64,000 nucleotides of DNA from Paragordius varius (taxonomy: Eukaryota; Animalia; Nematomorpha): contig OZ176050.1 of NCBI GenBank assembly GCA_964247055.1, positions 6,138,001 to 6,202,000 of the forward strand, in the 5' to 3' direction. A model generated the notes under the pieces. The model saw only the letters and a program-made list of their open reading frames with translations, ran no database searches and was not told the origin of the DNA. Both the position numbers and the translations under genes were made by a program. Positions 24,675 to 39,387 of this stretch are shown piece by piece. Position 1 is the first letter of the stretch; the number at the start of each line of letters is the position of its first letter.

Positions 24675-27600
24675 ATGATAAATTATACGCGTAAAAGATA
24701 AAATAAATTCAACAAAAAACATATCATGATATTATATATTAGATAATACATTAATATATATATTTATACAATTAATGTTATAGGCATTTTATTATAAACG
24801 ATATATAATTAACTGTAAATTTATTAACACGGAATTCTACTTTATCTTTTTAAACTTTGAAGGTTAAACACTATCGATTCATATTTAATGATTGGAAATC
24901 TATAATTCTAACAATTATTTAACTATTTAAATATTTGTTAAATTTCATTTTTAAGTTTTTAATACCCACTGAAAAAAATCCCCTGAAATCACTTTATAGT
25001 AGTTATAATAAACTCTAACTTAGCATTATCATAAATATACCACCTATATATTTGGGATGATAAATCAGTGTTTAATATTTTCTAATTACTCATTGAAAAT
25101 GACCCCTCTGAAATTAATTTATAAATCTTTTATTTATAACACACTCACACACATTAAACATTTCTTTTTGATAGATGAAAAATTCTGGCGTCATTCATAT
25201 GCTGACCCATGATAAAATTAGTGATTTAGCTCGCATGTATAAATTACTTTCACGCGTTCCCAACGGACTTCAATCCATGACTCAATGTATAAGCTCATAT
25301 CTGAGGACTTTGGGTCGATCTCTGGTCTCAGAAACTGAAAATTGCAATAATAATAATAATAATTTAGTCTTTAATGCAGTAGGCAATAATCATACCAATC
25401 TAATAACTTGTAAGTTATATTTTGTTAGAAATTATGTTACATAATTATTATTTTTTAGCAGTCACATTCTTTTTATGCAGGTTAATTTACTCTTTTTTTA
25501 CCTGTTTTGCTGCAAAATTGTGACTTTTTTTGTGCAAAACCATTTTATTAAAAAAACTTCGATTTTCCATTTTTTCCACAAATTATTATATATTTATATG
25601 TATTTTTTTTTATATAAATATTGAATTAGAAAATATGAATATCATTTATTAATATAATATAAATGACGAATTTGATTATTATTTACAACATATAAATTAG
25701 AGATTTTTTATAACATAATACAGTAAAAGACTTTAATAAAATATTAAAAATTAGCTAAGGATACACGTTTTTCTATGTTTGGAATATATTTTGTGTGGAT
25801 TTTTTATTTTTTCCTTATTATGCCCATCAATAATGTTTGATAATAAATCTGAATTTAAAAAAATATGACTTGTGTGAAATTTTTTTGTTTCTTATGTTTT
25901 TTACAAATAGATTTGATTGTTTTTACAATTATTATTGAGACTAATTAATTAATATAATATATTTTATGGTTATTGTAAGTTTTGCAAAATTTATGCCACA
26001 TGATACAATATTTAAAAATTTAAGGACAATGTAGCATGAGATATTTCGTATTTATCATGTGCTAAGACTTTTTAAAACTTTTGTTATATATTGTTTTTTG
26101 GGAAATGTTTTCTTTGTAGTTAGAAAAAAAGGTATACTTATTTTTTTAGAATTAATCTTGAGGTGTTAATAATAGAAAATTAATACATACATTTACATTT
26201 AAATCGAATCAATTATTATGAATAATTTTTGTTTTTCCAATACAGTCCGCTTCCTTTATTATTTTTTTTAGCATAAATATATTTATGTAAACAAATTGTT
26301 TTTTCCTTTTAATACTTTAAAATAATTGTTGGCTAATAATATTATCGTTAATGACTGCCATCTGATTTGGACCAAACGACATTCTTTACATAATATTTTA
26401 ACTTTGTTGTTGCAAATACTCAAGTCCTAATGCATTTAGGTATCGCATAAAACGGCATTATATTTGTGGCAGTCATATATTTGGTAGAACCACTTTATAA
26501 AAAAAATTTTGTTTAAAAATGGTATCAATCATTAATACTCTAGTTCTTAGGGATGAAGTTTTTGGACAAATTAATAATTCAATTTTGAATATGCTTTTTG
26601 TATACGTGTTAATCTAATATAATCACACTTTTTTTGTAAAATATACTGGATTGCAGAACATTATATTTTAAAAGATTATATAACAATATATCTAAACATC
26701 ATTATTAGGCATATAATAAAACTATGTTGATTTAATTTCATTGGCCGATTAATATTCTCTTAAATTTCTTAGTATAATTAATCATATATTAAATGTTTTA
26801 TGGTTTCTTTAATATGTTTATTATTTTTTTATATTGTTATAAAACCGACACATATATTTAAGAGGAAAATATGTTAAAGATTTTGTTATATTTAAAATTA
26901 TAAAATAAAACAATACTATTAATCAATGATTATAATTATTTATGTATAGCCAATGCTGATCAACCAACATCATCTGGCCTGTTTCAAGATGTCAAACCCC
27001 AAATGACTTTTAATGATATGTGTGTCGGGACTTCTTCGTCCACCACTATAAATTCGGTTTCCCGAAAAAATTATATTGGTATTAACAATGAAATGCCGGA
27101 AGAATTGATAAATGGTAAATTTTAAAAAGTCCTTTAATATTTGTTCCTATAACTATTCCTAATAATTATAGACTTTATTAAATAAACGGTTATACACCAA
27201 TTAGCCCATTCATGCAACTTTCCGATTTTTAACAAAAGCCCTAATCGTTTTAAAATATACACATTTTCCACAAATTTGTACTTATAGGTATTATGAAACC
27301 CTCATAGTGAGCCAAATTAATTTTTTTTACTAAATTTTCAAAATCTGTTGAATGTTATGATATATATTATAATCAGACATAATTAATTTTAATATTTTTG
27401 TAAATAAATTGGTTATCTTGCGGGAAAAACCCATATCACGATCGTCATATTCAAATTTTGGATGTGATATAAGTAAATATAGCAAATTTGTTGTTAATAG
27501 TTGTGTCGTTTTGATGAAGGCTAACAAGCCCAAATTAGTATATGGTTACTATTGATGAAAGATGTTCACATATCATCCGCACATTTTATACTAAATATTT

Positions 27601-30600
27601 AGTTTTTTTTGGTTTGTATAAAATATATTAACAATGAATATAAAATATTTGGAATATCCTAGTCAATCGATGTATATTAAAATCTTTAATCTGTTTAAAT
27701 CTCTGAGTTCGTTTTTTGTATTATCATATGAATAAAATCGATCGTATTTAGTTATCGTGATTATTTATTCCTAAAAAGATGGCCTTTTATTAGATAAAAG
27801 AATATTTATGCAATAACCCAATCATAATTAGGTCCAAATCAATTTAAACTTTAGCTGAGATATTTATTGCTATATTTCTTAATTAATAATAATCATCATT
27901 ATTCTTGATCAAAATATTCAATAATGAATGTTTGATATATATTTATTTACTACATCTATGTGTTACAGTCTATGGCCTCTTTAAAATTATTTTAATTTTT
28001 GTTTAGCGAATAATAATGTGAGCACTGAAATTATGAATGGAAACTTGGCCTTTGCTATGGCAGTCAAGACGCCCGTCGTTTATATTCAAGTAGATAAATA
28101 TATATAATTAACAATGTGATATAAAATCTCTCTCTAACTTTCATATTTTTTGAACAATTTTTTTGCAGCGCATAAAATTAATTGCTAACAACATAAAAAT
28201 TATCATTTCTCAAAAAGCAAGAAAAAAATCATGAGAAGAAAATTCCTAATAATTTAACATTTAAATTCTTAATAAATTAAAATAACTTTAATTATTTTTT
28301 ACTTTAATAGTACACATTTATTAAATACATTTTTTATGTTAAAGGGATAAAAAATAAATTTTATCTTTGATAAATATATTTCGTTTATTTATTCCCTAAC
28401 AACAAATCATGCATTTAACTAGAACATTCTTGATCTAAAGGACAAATTTAATCAATTTTTGGTTGAATCTTTTTCCAATGATAAGCTCTTTAAACAATCA
28501 ATTGCATCAGACTTTGAATACTTCCTTAATCTTAATCCAAAATCACCCGAATATCTTAGCTTGTATATTGACGACAAACTAAGGAAAGGAGTTAAAGGGG
28601 TATAACTTTATATATTTTATTTAAATTTGCAAAATTTTGACAAATTTTTAACCTTTTTTTTATTTTAATAAATATAGTTATCCGAACAAGAAATTGATCG
28701 TATGCTGGATAAATCTATGGTTTTATTCCGTTTTTTGCAAGAGAAAGATGTGTTTGAACGATATTACAAACAACATTTAGCCAAACGATTGTTACTTAAT
28801 AAAAGCATGAATGATGACACTGAAAAAAGCATAATTTATAAATTAAAGGTATCATCATATATTTTTTGCTGTTTATTTTGAGAAAGAATTTATATCACTT
28901 ATCAATGCCAACATTTGAATTATATAAAATTAAAATTTTTGCATAATTTTCATGCGCTTAAGTAAATAGTATTGAGAAATTTTATGATTAATAATTATTT
29001 TTGTGTGATATATTTGAAAAGACTGAATGTGGATGTCAATTTACCGCCAAACTGGAGGGCATGTTTAAGGATATGAACGTTTCTCAAACTTTGAATCGCG
29101 ATTTTAATGCATATATTCAGACGTCACGAGTGAGTACTTTTTTTAATAAATTTACTTATTAACAGCTTTTCAGGACGTTTTATAAAAAGTTTCAAAAAAT
29201 TTAGTTTTAAATAAACTTTATAAATTATAGCCATATCAAACCTTGTACTTTTAAGGTTGATAATTCAGTTTTGAATCCATATATAAATAAATTCACTTTT
29301 ATAATATTTTCTATAGTCATAAACATTATCTGACTGATTTTTTTAAAAAAAGATATGATTATCAATTCGTAGTTAACTTTATATATATGCTTTTTGTCAC
29401 ATGCCGCAACCATTTAAACATAATTTACTTTTTTCATTTTAAGGAGTGTTAGCAATATATTTTTTTGTTTGTAAAGATAAATTCAGACGTTGATTTAAGT
29501 GTACAAATTCTTACCACTGGTTATTGGCCAACACAATCCTTATCTCCACATTGCAATTTACCCTTGTCTGCCCGGACCATATTTGATCATTTTAAAACGT
29601 AAATTTTTTTGGAGTGTAAATTTTTACTGCATCCTACATATTATTTCAATTTGCTGTTAATCATACTAATTTATTTGTAAATAATCCCTCAAACTTTAGA
29701 GTCTATTTAGCATAGAATGTTTTTACAATATTTTACAACTTTTTATTGATTTTCTCCACTTTATTAATTTTTAATTTAAATTAATGTTAACAGATTTTAT
29801 TTGAATAAACATTGTGGACGACAACTTAGTTTACAGCCTCAATTGGGTTCGGCCGATATAACAGCTTTCTTTTATGGCCCACCATCTATGAAAGATTCAA
29901 GTAAATACTTTATGTTATGGTAGTTTTTTTTGTTAAATAATTATTGTACAGTATTTAATTCTAGTTTAGAGAAAATGTTTATTTTCAGGCCTATTTTTTT
30001 GTGTTTTTATAGTAACTTGAATTGTAAAAACAAAAAAAAAGTGAACGAATTTCTTATAGCAAACTATATTTTTTTTATATAATATCCATGATTACAACTG
30101 TAAAATATAAAATCAAGTGTGTCAATTCGCTTATCCTCCTTATTTCGCCACCCAAAATTCAATGTTATACATATAAAAGATCTCAAATCATTTTTTTATA
30201 CAGATTCATTGGACGTACCCCATAACTCTAATTCCGGTGCAGGTAAGAATAGTAACAACGTTAGAAAACACATTTTGACTGTTTCTACTTATCAAATGTG
30301 TATTCTCACCCTGTTCAATGATTATCAAAAGTTAACATACGAGGTGATTGATATATTTCTTCTTTGTTTTGGCTAGAATGGTTTTTAAAGTTTCAATTTT
30401 TTTTAATCATGTAATAACTATTTTTTTATTTGTGTAGAAAATTGCTTCAGAAACCGATATCCCTGAAAAAGATTTGATACGAGCCCTGCAATCTTTAGCA
30501 TTAGGTAAAGCATCTCAAAGAATCCTTATAAAATTACCCAAGACCAAAGAAATCGGTAAATACAGTATTCTTTTTAAATGCACAATGTGAATAAGTCTAC

Positions 30601-33600
30601 ATAGTTTTTCAAATAGTTACCAGAAGGGCTTAATATTTTTTTGTGTTTTAGTGTTATCAGTAAATAATAATGCTCTTGGCTGTATAAGATATCTAAAAAT
30701 ATTTAATGAACAACTATATCAACATAAATTTACTCACACTGTATATATGTGATTTAGTTTTAAATTTTACCAAAATAAATAGTATTTAAATAAAATATTT
30801 GCTCTCATTGACATAAATAAATCAAAAATATAAAGTTTATAAACATTAAAAAAATCTTTAGCCTTAGTTATAAATTTAGAATATTTTAAATTTACTTATC
30901 GATACAAAGACGGTAGTTTATTTAAACCCAATTTTATGTAATTTATTTTATGCATATTTAGCTCAAGATCATGAGTTTATGGTCAACGATAATTTTACTT
31001 CCAAATTGCATCGTGTTAAAATACAAACAGGTAATTATGTTTATAATTATTAAAATACAGTAAAAATTAAAATTATACCGAAACAAAATAAAAAAAGACA
31101 AATTTTTTTACAAAAATGACCATACTTTTTAAACCTTGATTTTCCATTAAATTAATTAATCACAGTTTGTAATATACATAATTGATTGTCTTACAAATAT
31201 ACATCTCCTTCAATAAGTTATTTTATTCCAGTTTGAACCAGAGTGGTCTTTTAAATAAATGGTGTGTTTATATTTTTACGCCTTGTCCGTATAATTTTAA
31301 TTTTTATAATTTATTAACGGAATATTTTTTACTGTTTGTTCCGGCAAATAGAGGCTAATTACATTTGCATAGTATCCTTCTCATCATTGACAATAAAATA
31401 TTTTATTATGTTTATTTTATATAATTTTTAATGCAAAATTTGAGAAAATTATTCTACACTATGTTGACTTTGACAGGTGAAATAATATATGACTGGGACG
31501 ACCGTTATCAAATGATTAACAATATTCAACCATATAAATTTAAATTTCAAAAATATTAAATTTAAAAACTTTACCAATTTTTCATTAATTGTTATGATTA
31601 TTATTAAATAATCAATTTGAGAAGTTATTAAATTTTTGTATGGTTTATATACGACTAAGGTTGGTTTTTAACCGGTCAAAAATTAATCGGACTGATGATC
31701 GATTATAAATGAATTGATCAATCATAACAATTTATCATTTCCACAAACGAATATATGATGTGATTTGAACTGTTTTTATTGATCAAAATACATTAATAAA
31801 TACATCTAATGAAAGTTTGATAAAATAAATCCTATAATTTTCCAATTTTCAGATTAAATTAAAGTATTATACTGTTATTTTATTTTAATATAACTCAACC
31901 AAGTGATTTAAATTTAAAAGTGTTGGTTTAATTGTTATTATGCATGATTGCACTCTTAACCGGTTCAGACATAACCCTAATTGTAATACACATTTATAAT
32001 AATTAATGCCTATAACCATCAATAACTTTGTTATTAATATTTGAGAAGTTAAAAACCACTTTTAGTTTTTTACAATGGTGTAAAAATGGCATATACAGTA
32101 AAAAAAAACTATATAGACAAAATATAAAAATCAAAAGACAAATATATATTATCAGCCATCCTTTAATCTTTTCTATCCTTTATGATTAGGGTGTGATAAC
32201 AATTAACACTGCTACTCCTTATTTTTTTGCCACTTAATACATTGGGTTATTGAAAAAGATGAAGTTTAAAACCAATGGTTATCTTTGCGTAAAATAAATT
32301 TGTCTTTGGTCTTTTTTTTTATTTTTACATAACTATAGATTATTTTAAAAAAATGGGTCTCATAAGCAGTCTGGTTTTTTTTATGAAATGGGTTTCTTTT
32401 TGTCTTTATATAATTGCAATTTTACGCAACAATAAATATAGTTTTAGCACGGCAAAACCAACTTCCATCCTCAGCCACACAAAGTGATACTCATTTAGAT
32501 GAAATGATTGGAGAACATGGCGGTAGTGCGTCATTTTCCACAAAATATTATTATAAGAATTCGTTCGATGCCTACATGGATGCCACTGAGGAAGAACGAA
32601 AAGAAATGCGTGAAAGAATAGAGGAAGATAGGTGGTTGTTTCATTTTTTTTTCATTTAAACTTAACATTTATTCAAACATACTTAACACTTATTTATAGT
32701 TAACTAAACTTTAATAAAATATAATTTTTAAGAATTTTAGTTTTGATAGCATATATATATATACTACATTTTGAAGTTTACATATTAAATAAAACTTTAT
32801 TTAAATAAATGTTAAAAATCTAGTTTAAATATTAATTGTACCCTAAACGCATATTTAGAAAGATATTTTGATCAAAATTTAAAAAATTAGGAAAACTTTA
32901 AAAATTTTATGCTTATTGTATGGAAAATGGTATATTTTTACAATGTTTAGTTATTTAATGAGTATTGGGTTGGAAAAATGCTGAGTAACATGAAAAGTAT
33001 TTTAATAAAAGTGTTAAGTTTGGTTGAAAATGGTATTCGCTGACTATTATTTATTGCGAAAAATGCAAAACGAATAAGATTTGATATAATTTATTGGGGT
33101 TTATTGGACCTTTAATTAACGATTTAGAGTTTATTAGCGTTTTCTGATAACCATATAATGGCCAGATACTGCTCACAATTAAATAATAAGTCGTTTTAAC
33201 TTTGAGTATTGCTTATTAAATATTATTATAATGATACTTTTACCATTTTTTTTAAAGGTTAAATAAATTACACATAACTCATGTTTAAGTTTGGGCTCAT
33301 TTTAATCATCCCAAAATCGTACTTTTTTTTATTTAATCCAATATTGTTAAAAATCAATCTAATTGTATCCGCAAGAGTCAGATTAATATAAAATAAAGGT
33401 TTAATTAAATAATAATTATTTAACGATAATTTTTTTCCGATTGATTAATTAGAAAACACGAAATCGAAGCTGCAATCGTACGCGTCATGAAAGCGCGGAA
33501 GCAATTAAATCATAATGCTTTGGTGACTGAAATAACTGAGTTGTTGAAGGGAAGATTTTTGCCCAATCCTTCTATTATTAAGAAGCGTGTTGAAGCACTT

Positions 33601-35102
33601 ATTGAACGAGAATACATTGCTAGAAGTGAAAAAGATAGGTTTGTTTAAACTTTTATTCTATTTTTTTGGGTATTACAGTATTCATTTTAATGGCTGCTTA
33701 TTTGACACTAATGTTGGGCAATTTGCAACACAGTAGTATATGTAAAAAAACAACAAAATGTTGAATAAACAATTATTTCCTTTCTTTTTCCCATAAACTC
33801 ATGTGTTGCGAATTGCCCTACTATAGTGTAAAATAAGCAACCATTAATATACATATTTTAATTATTAATACATTTATACATTAAATGTAACGTCAAATTC
33901 AATAAAGTGTAACAAATGTTTAAAGTGGGTACATAAAAATGCTCCATTTTAAAAAGTTTATATGATAATAAAAACTTTATCTGCTCCAACACAATAACCA
34001 TAAGATCTCCTCCCCTCAAGTCCTCCACTTTATTCGAATTTGTCGACAAATTTACATACCTAGGCGATACTTTGGATGCTGGTGGTAGTATAGAATCGGC
34101 CTTATCGCATAGAATCAAAGCCGTCTGGAAAAAGTATTATAGTTTCGCACAATAGTAAATAATAAATACGTTTTACTCAGTTCAAAGGCAAAAATTTTTA
34201 TGACGGCTATACGTCCTGCTATACTATATGGTACGGAAACATGGCCTATGACTAAATCAAATCTACTATCACTGCACAAGGGTGAGCAAAAAATCCTAAA
34301 CGCCATTCTTTTCGCACATAACCCTAACATCTACAATTTCCAAGCCGAATTTTGCCCCTATCAAACTCTAAAAACTAAACCAATTAATACAGCGATCCGG
34401 GAATACCGTTTGCGTTGGGCTGGTCATATCTACCACAAACTGGATAAAGCTCATACAGTCTTATTCAACTAATAATAAAAACAAAAAAGGCAGACCTTAT
34501 AAAAACTGGCAATCCACCATTCAAGGAGACCTAAATTTTCAAAATATTGAAATCGAACAAGCAGAAGACAGAAACAAATGGAAAACTATAACACGCTTAC
34601 CTCATTTGAAAGGAGAAAATAGCTTATAAAGATGATTTATATCATAACCTCTAAATGATGATTAATATAAATTTTTTTTATAATTTATGATTAATAATCA
34701 AAGGTTTAATATTATGAAAACGCTTATATCCTTTATTAATATCTAGTTCATTGGACAAAAATTCTTGCACCCCCTCCCAAAAAATCCAAGATAAAAATGT
34801 AAAATATATTATAATTATATAAAAATCTTATTTGATGAGATCCTTATGTCTGCATTTTTTGAAACATTTTTCCATATCGGTGACAAATCTTGATTCGTAC
34901 CTTTTATTTTTTAAATAAATTTTCCAAATTTTTCGCGCCCCTTGGTATATCTCCGGACCGTTGCCCTTATGGGAACCACTGATCTAGGTATTTATAATTA
35001 TATTTATTGACCGATTTACTGCATATTTTAGCGGTTTTTGACTGTGGTCAAAAAATAATCATAAATTTTTTATATAGGAAGCTTTACATGTATTTGGCGT
35101 GA
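22939..35102 (+). CDS. CUL3: Cullin-3
   Basis: 21 in-frame exons: 22939-23001, 23026-23223, 23248-23367, 23602-23762, 24009-24123, 24285-24416, 24545-24592, 25175-25409, 26950-27114, 28007-28089, 28423-28599, 28678-28848, 29022-29129, 29477-29598, 29794-29900, 30204-30343, 30438-30555, 30962-31030, 32442-32631, 33453-33638, 35078-35102. Motifs [67 protein letters not shown], neddylation motif [10 protein letters not shown]-terminal KLYMYLA*. Confidence 0.97.
33880..34640 (+). mobile_element. 5'-truncated RTE-clade LINE in the last CUL3 intron
   Basis: [39 protein letters not shown] and RLRWAGHI; frameshifts and stops present. Confidence 0.85.
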
Positions 35103-35316
35103 TGGAATTATTACGTATCAGCTTTGATTTGTTCCGTTTTGTTGTGAAGTCTGACCTTATTTTTTATCATTCAAACATTATAATTTAAATCACTATTTTC
35201 GCGCGCATTTCAAATATATATTATATTTAATATATTCATTATTAAAAACGATGTCATATTTTACATAGCAAATATCTAATATTATTTAATAAATGATTTG
35301 ATTATTTAAATTGATA

Positions 35317-36259
35317 TTATTGATTTATTTGATATAATGCCAGGTTGTAATCGGGAAAATTTGATGTATTTAATAAATTTATAAAATCACGCATGGTTTC
35401 GGTATTTTGTGACAAATCAACAACTAGTTTATCCATAAAAGTGTCGTCTATAAAAAAGCATTTATCAATTTTAATTTTATTGATATTATCACCATCATGA
35501 TGATAAATTTTATAAGGTATTATAGCATAAGAATTTGGTTTAACTGTTACAGAAGGAGTTAAAATACCAAAGGATAATGTTTTGATTGTAATAGGTTTTA
35601 TGACTATTTGAGATTTTTTGTTGGATGAGATCATTAAATCACTTTTAAAAATACCGCATTCAAAGCAATTTATCGATTCGCTAACAAATATATCCAAAAA
35701 AGTTTTGCATGCATCGGTCCTTAAATGAAAAATTGAAATTTTATATTCATCTCCATGTTTCTTCCCAAGACTTTGGAAACAACATTTACATTTTATATTA
35801 CCATCATTTTCAATCATTGATTTGGGTAATTTTTTTGTAATTATGCAAAAGGGTAACTTATAAATAGTAGAATCATGAGTATGACAAAACATTTCTAAAG
35901 TGGATTCATTCTTTAAGTTATTATAGTCAATATTGGAATATATCGATAGTGGCGAAAAACATTGATGACATGTGTATTGCTGGATATCTTTAGATAATTT
36001 TTGTTTTAAAAAAATGCTAATTCGTATATCAAAAGTCTTATGTGAATAAATCATATTTGACGTAAAGAGTAACAAAGTATTTTGGAAGTATAGTGTATTA
36101 TTACCAATAACTAAATTATTATTATTCTGTAGCTTTACAATTATTTGGCTTTATGATTAAAATAAGATATAACTTTGATTCAATATTAGTAATTTTAAGA
36201 TGGGCGAACGATAATTGTGAATTAAAATCAATCAAGTAGACGCTATTTGCAGATTTCAT
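35317..36259 (-). CDS. UBE3D/HECT_2-like protein (divergent, ~305 aa)
   Basis: Exon 1 (36259-36174), a 25-nt intron (36173-36149) and exon 2 (36148-35317) join in frame. The pattern YTCHQCFSPL...EMFCHTHD...IKCKCCFQSLG and the C-terminal spacing resemble UBE3D as I recall it. The ORF is solid; the family call is tentative. Confidence 0.55.
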
Positions 36260-36310
36260 AATATATCAATCATATGAAATAACCTAAATTTGAACGGAAA
36301 ACCGCGCGAG

Positions 36311-37764
36311 ATGGGAATTTTAGGTTTATCAAAAGTATTGGCCGATTATGCACCGAATGCCATAAAAGATAATGACATAAAAAATTATTTTGGTATAAAA
36401 TTTTCTAAGTAGTGTAGGAAGGAAAATTGCGATTGATGCATCAATGTGTATTTATCAATTTTTGATTGCTGTTCGGCAAGAGGGAAACGTTTTGACAAAC
36501 GAGAGTGGAGAAACAACAAGGTTTATAAAAACTCTCAATTTTAAGCCATTTAATGGGGATATTTTATAGAACTATTAGGATGATTGAACATGGAATCAAA
36601 CCATTGTATGTGTTTGATGGCAAACCGCCTGACATGAAATACGAAGAATTGGATAAACGCAAGGAAAAACGAATAGAAGCTGAAAAATTAGTAGAGAAGG
36701 CTAAAGAAGAAGGTTACAATATATTAATAATTTTCAGGTGACAAAGAATTGATGGATAAATTTAATCGTAGACTTGTCAAAGTTTCCAAGCAGCATAATG
36801 ATGAATGTAAAACCTTATTAGGTCTGATGGGAATACCCTATATCGATGTAATATATCGTCAAAATCATTTTTGCGAAAATAAATTAATTATAATGAATAT
36901 ATTAAGGCGCCTTCGGAAGCCGAAGCACAATGTGCTAAATTGGCAAAAGCCGGCAAAGTTTATGCTACTGCAACCGAAGATATGGATTGCTTAACGTTTG
37001 GTTCGCCCATTTTATTACGACATCTTACGTTTAGTGAGGCTCGGTTTGCAATTTTTTAAAATTTGCTTGATAATGAACGTTTTTAAAAAATTGTTTTGTA
37101 TTTTTAGAAAAATGCCGATCAGGGAATTTCATTTACCAGCTATTTTGGACGAATTAAAAATGGATCAATCTCAAGTTTAACTTATTTATTGAAATATTAG
37201 TTTATAGATTTTTGCATTCTTTTAGGATGTGATTATTGCGATACCATTCGTGGTATAGGCCCTAAGCGGGCTTTGGAATTGATTAAAGATTACAAAAATA
37301 TTGAAACAATCATTGATAAATTAGATAACAAAAAATATACAATCCCGCTGGATTGGAAATTTAAAGTAAATTTTTTGCATATATTCTTAGGAAGCTCGTA
37401 GTTTCTTCCTATCTCCCGATGTTTTGGATTGTGAATCAATTGAGGTAAATAAAATATTTTATATTATGAGATTAAATGGAAAGAACCAAATGAACAAGCC
37501 CTCATGACATATCTCTGTGATGAAAAAGGTTTTAACAGAGATCGCATTCAAAATGGAATTTCCAAACTCCATAATTCTCGAAGTGGCCCTACTCAGGGTC
37601 GTTTAGATGGTTTTTTTACTGTTACATCCAGATCTTCTACTACCTCATCCGATACCCGCAAAAAAGTTTGTTAAAAATATAATGTTTAGGATATCTTGAA
37701 AAAAACACCCAAGAAAAAAATATCATCGACTAAAAACGGTTCTGTTAATAAAAGAAAAAAATAA
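36311..37764 (+). CDS. FEN1: Flap endonuclease 1
   Basis: 10 exons: 36311-36392, 36418-36520, 36546-36712, 36738-36847, 36907-37043, 37108-37174, 37201-37365, 37391-37444, 37471-37665, 37690-37764. Motifs [54 protein letters not shown] and PIP box QGRLDGFF. Confidence 0.97.
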
Positions 37765-37781
37765 ACAACAATATAATAAAT

Positions 37782-38161
37782 TTATTCAGATATATCCCAA
37801 TTCTTTAATGAATTATTTTTAAATAATTTGTCTTCCAAATTTTTGAGATGCGTAACATTCTAATATAAAATAAAATAATACTTGTTCTTCTTCTTTAAGT
37901 ATGTCCAAAAAAGCTTTTTCGGTTACTGATTCCAAAATTTTCTCTTTTTTATAAATTCGTCCATTTGCTTCAGAGTTTATTTTTTCTTCAATAACCCTTT
38001 GTTGCTTGTTTACCGCGTTAAACAAATTCACTACACCCCTAAATTATATTGAATTGTAACTTTGTGGCTATTTTTACCATTTTATGATCAAAATCTTTTT
38101 CAGGACCGCAAAATGTTAAAGGGAGAGATTTTTTCAAACGATTTGATTTAACCGAACTCAT
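37782..38161 (-). CDS. RRP15: RRP15-like ribosome biogenesis protein (compact, ~111 aa; extra 5' exons possible)
   Basis: Exons 38161-38061, 38038-37882 and 37859-37782 with two 22-nt introns. KIATKGVVNLFNAVNKQQ...VTEKAFLDILK matches the RRP15 core (RIATRGVVQLFNAV). Confidence 0.8.
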
Positions 38162-38869
38162 TATTATAATAATATGTTATAAAAAAAATTAACCAAAAAC
38201 CATCAAAAACTTTGGTCAAGTTTTTAACTAAAGTATAAGCGATAATTACGCCGTGTTATGTAAAATTTATATTTCGCAATATATGATCTAGTGATTTCAT
38301 ACTCTAAAAAAAATATATTCTGTAACCCTACGCACAAAACCGGCCTTTCATAAAATATATTTTTTGATAAGAAATATAGGATAGCAATGGTTTTGGTCCT
38401 TAAAAAAGGTATGTAACTGCTCCTTATCACAAAATATCAAAGTTTGAGCACAGCAAAGCTAAGTGCTTTATTCTAACAAAATCATTAAATTATTTCATAA
38501 AATACATCAAAAAACGAAACAAATTTTGAAAAAAATTTATTTTCACATGTGGATTGGATCATGTAAGTTTTGTTAATTTGCTCTCTAAACGGGCTAGTTT
38601 TCTTAAAACTAACACAAACAGGTCGAGATTGCGCGATATAAATATTAGTATATGCTATGTGATATCAACTTTAAATAATTTTTAAAAAATGTATTTTTTC
38701 AGAAATTTAATTTTGAGGAAAATTTTGTTAAAACATACTTCATAATATTTTGAGGCATGGTGGAAACGGTACAAAAAACCTCACTTTTTCTTGACATTTT
38801 ATTTATGGTAAACATTTCTATCGCTTCAGGAAACAAGGTTCGTTTGCTTTCAAATTTTGGTAATTTATC

Positions 38870-39387
38870 TTAAATTAATTTGAGGAGGATATCTAAATAC
38901 CCCATAGTTTGATATGTTCAAAAAATTACTGAAAGAAACGGGTTTAAGTTTGTGCTTCTATCCTAATGAAAATTATATAAATAAGCCACAATATCTAAAT
39001 TAAATTAAGATCAAAATACTTGGGCGTCATTTTTGTTCTGCAACATTTTGCAAACTATATGTTTACCTGATTCTAAGCCTAAAATTTAGTTTACTTTTTT
39101 ATTAAAATCACATTTATTACAAAAAGGAAATGTGGTATATTTTACTACTAATCATAGTTAGCTTATGCACAGATGTCATGTTGGCTAATTTTTACCTTTG
39201 GGTCTCGGAATAAATAATATCAAGTATTTTGAAAATTACTTTTATTATATTATCGGTATCATTAATGTTATATAAGTGCCAAGCTTTGCCATGGTATTTA
39301 TTTCCATTTTTTTAAAATATTTTTTAAACAGACCTGGAGTATATACCCCAATCGAATCGAAGGCTGAATTGAATGTGCATCTAAGAG
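38870..39387 (-). mobile_element. piggyBac-type MITE, copy 4 (degenerate)
   Basis: ATCTAAATACCCCA ... TGCTTCTATCCTAAT ... GCCAAGCTTTGCCATGG ... ACAGACCTGGAGTA ... ATCGAAGG; termini eroded. Confidence 0.7.
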
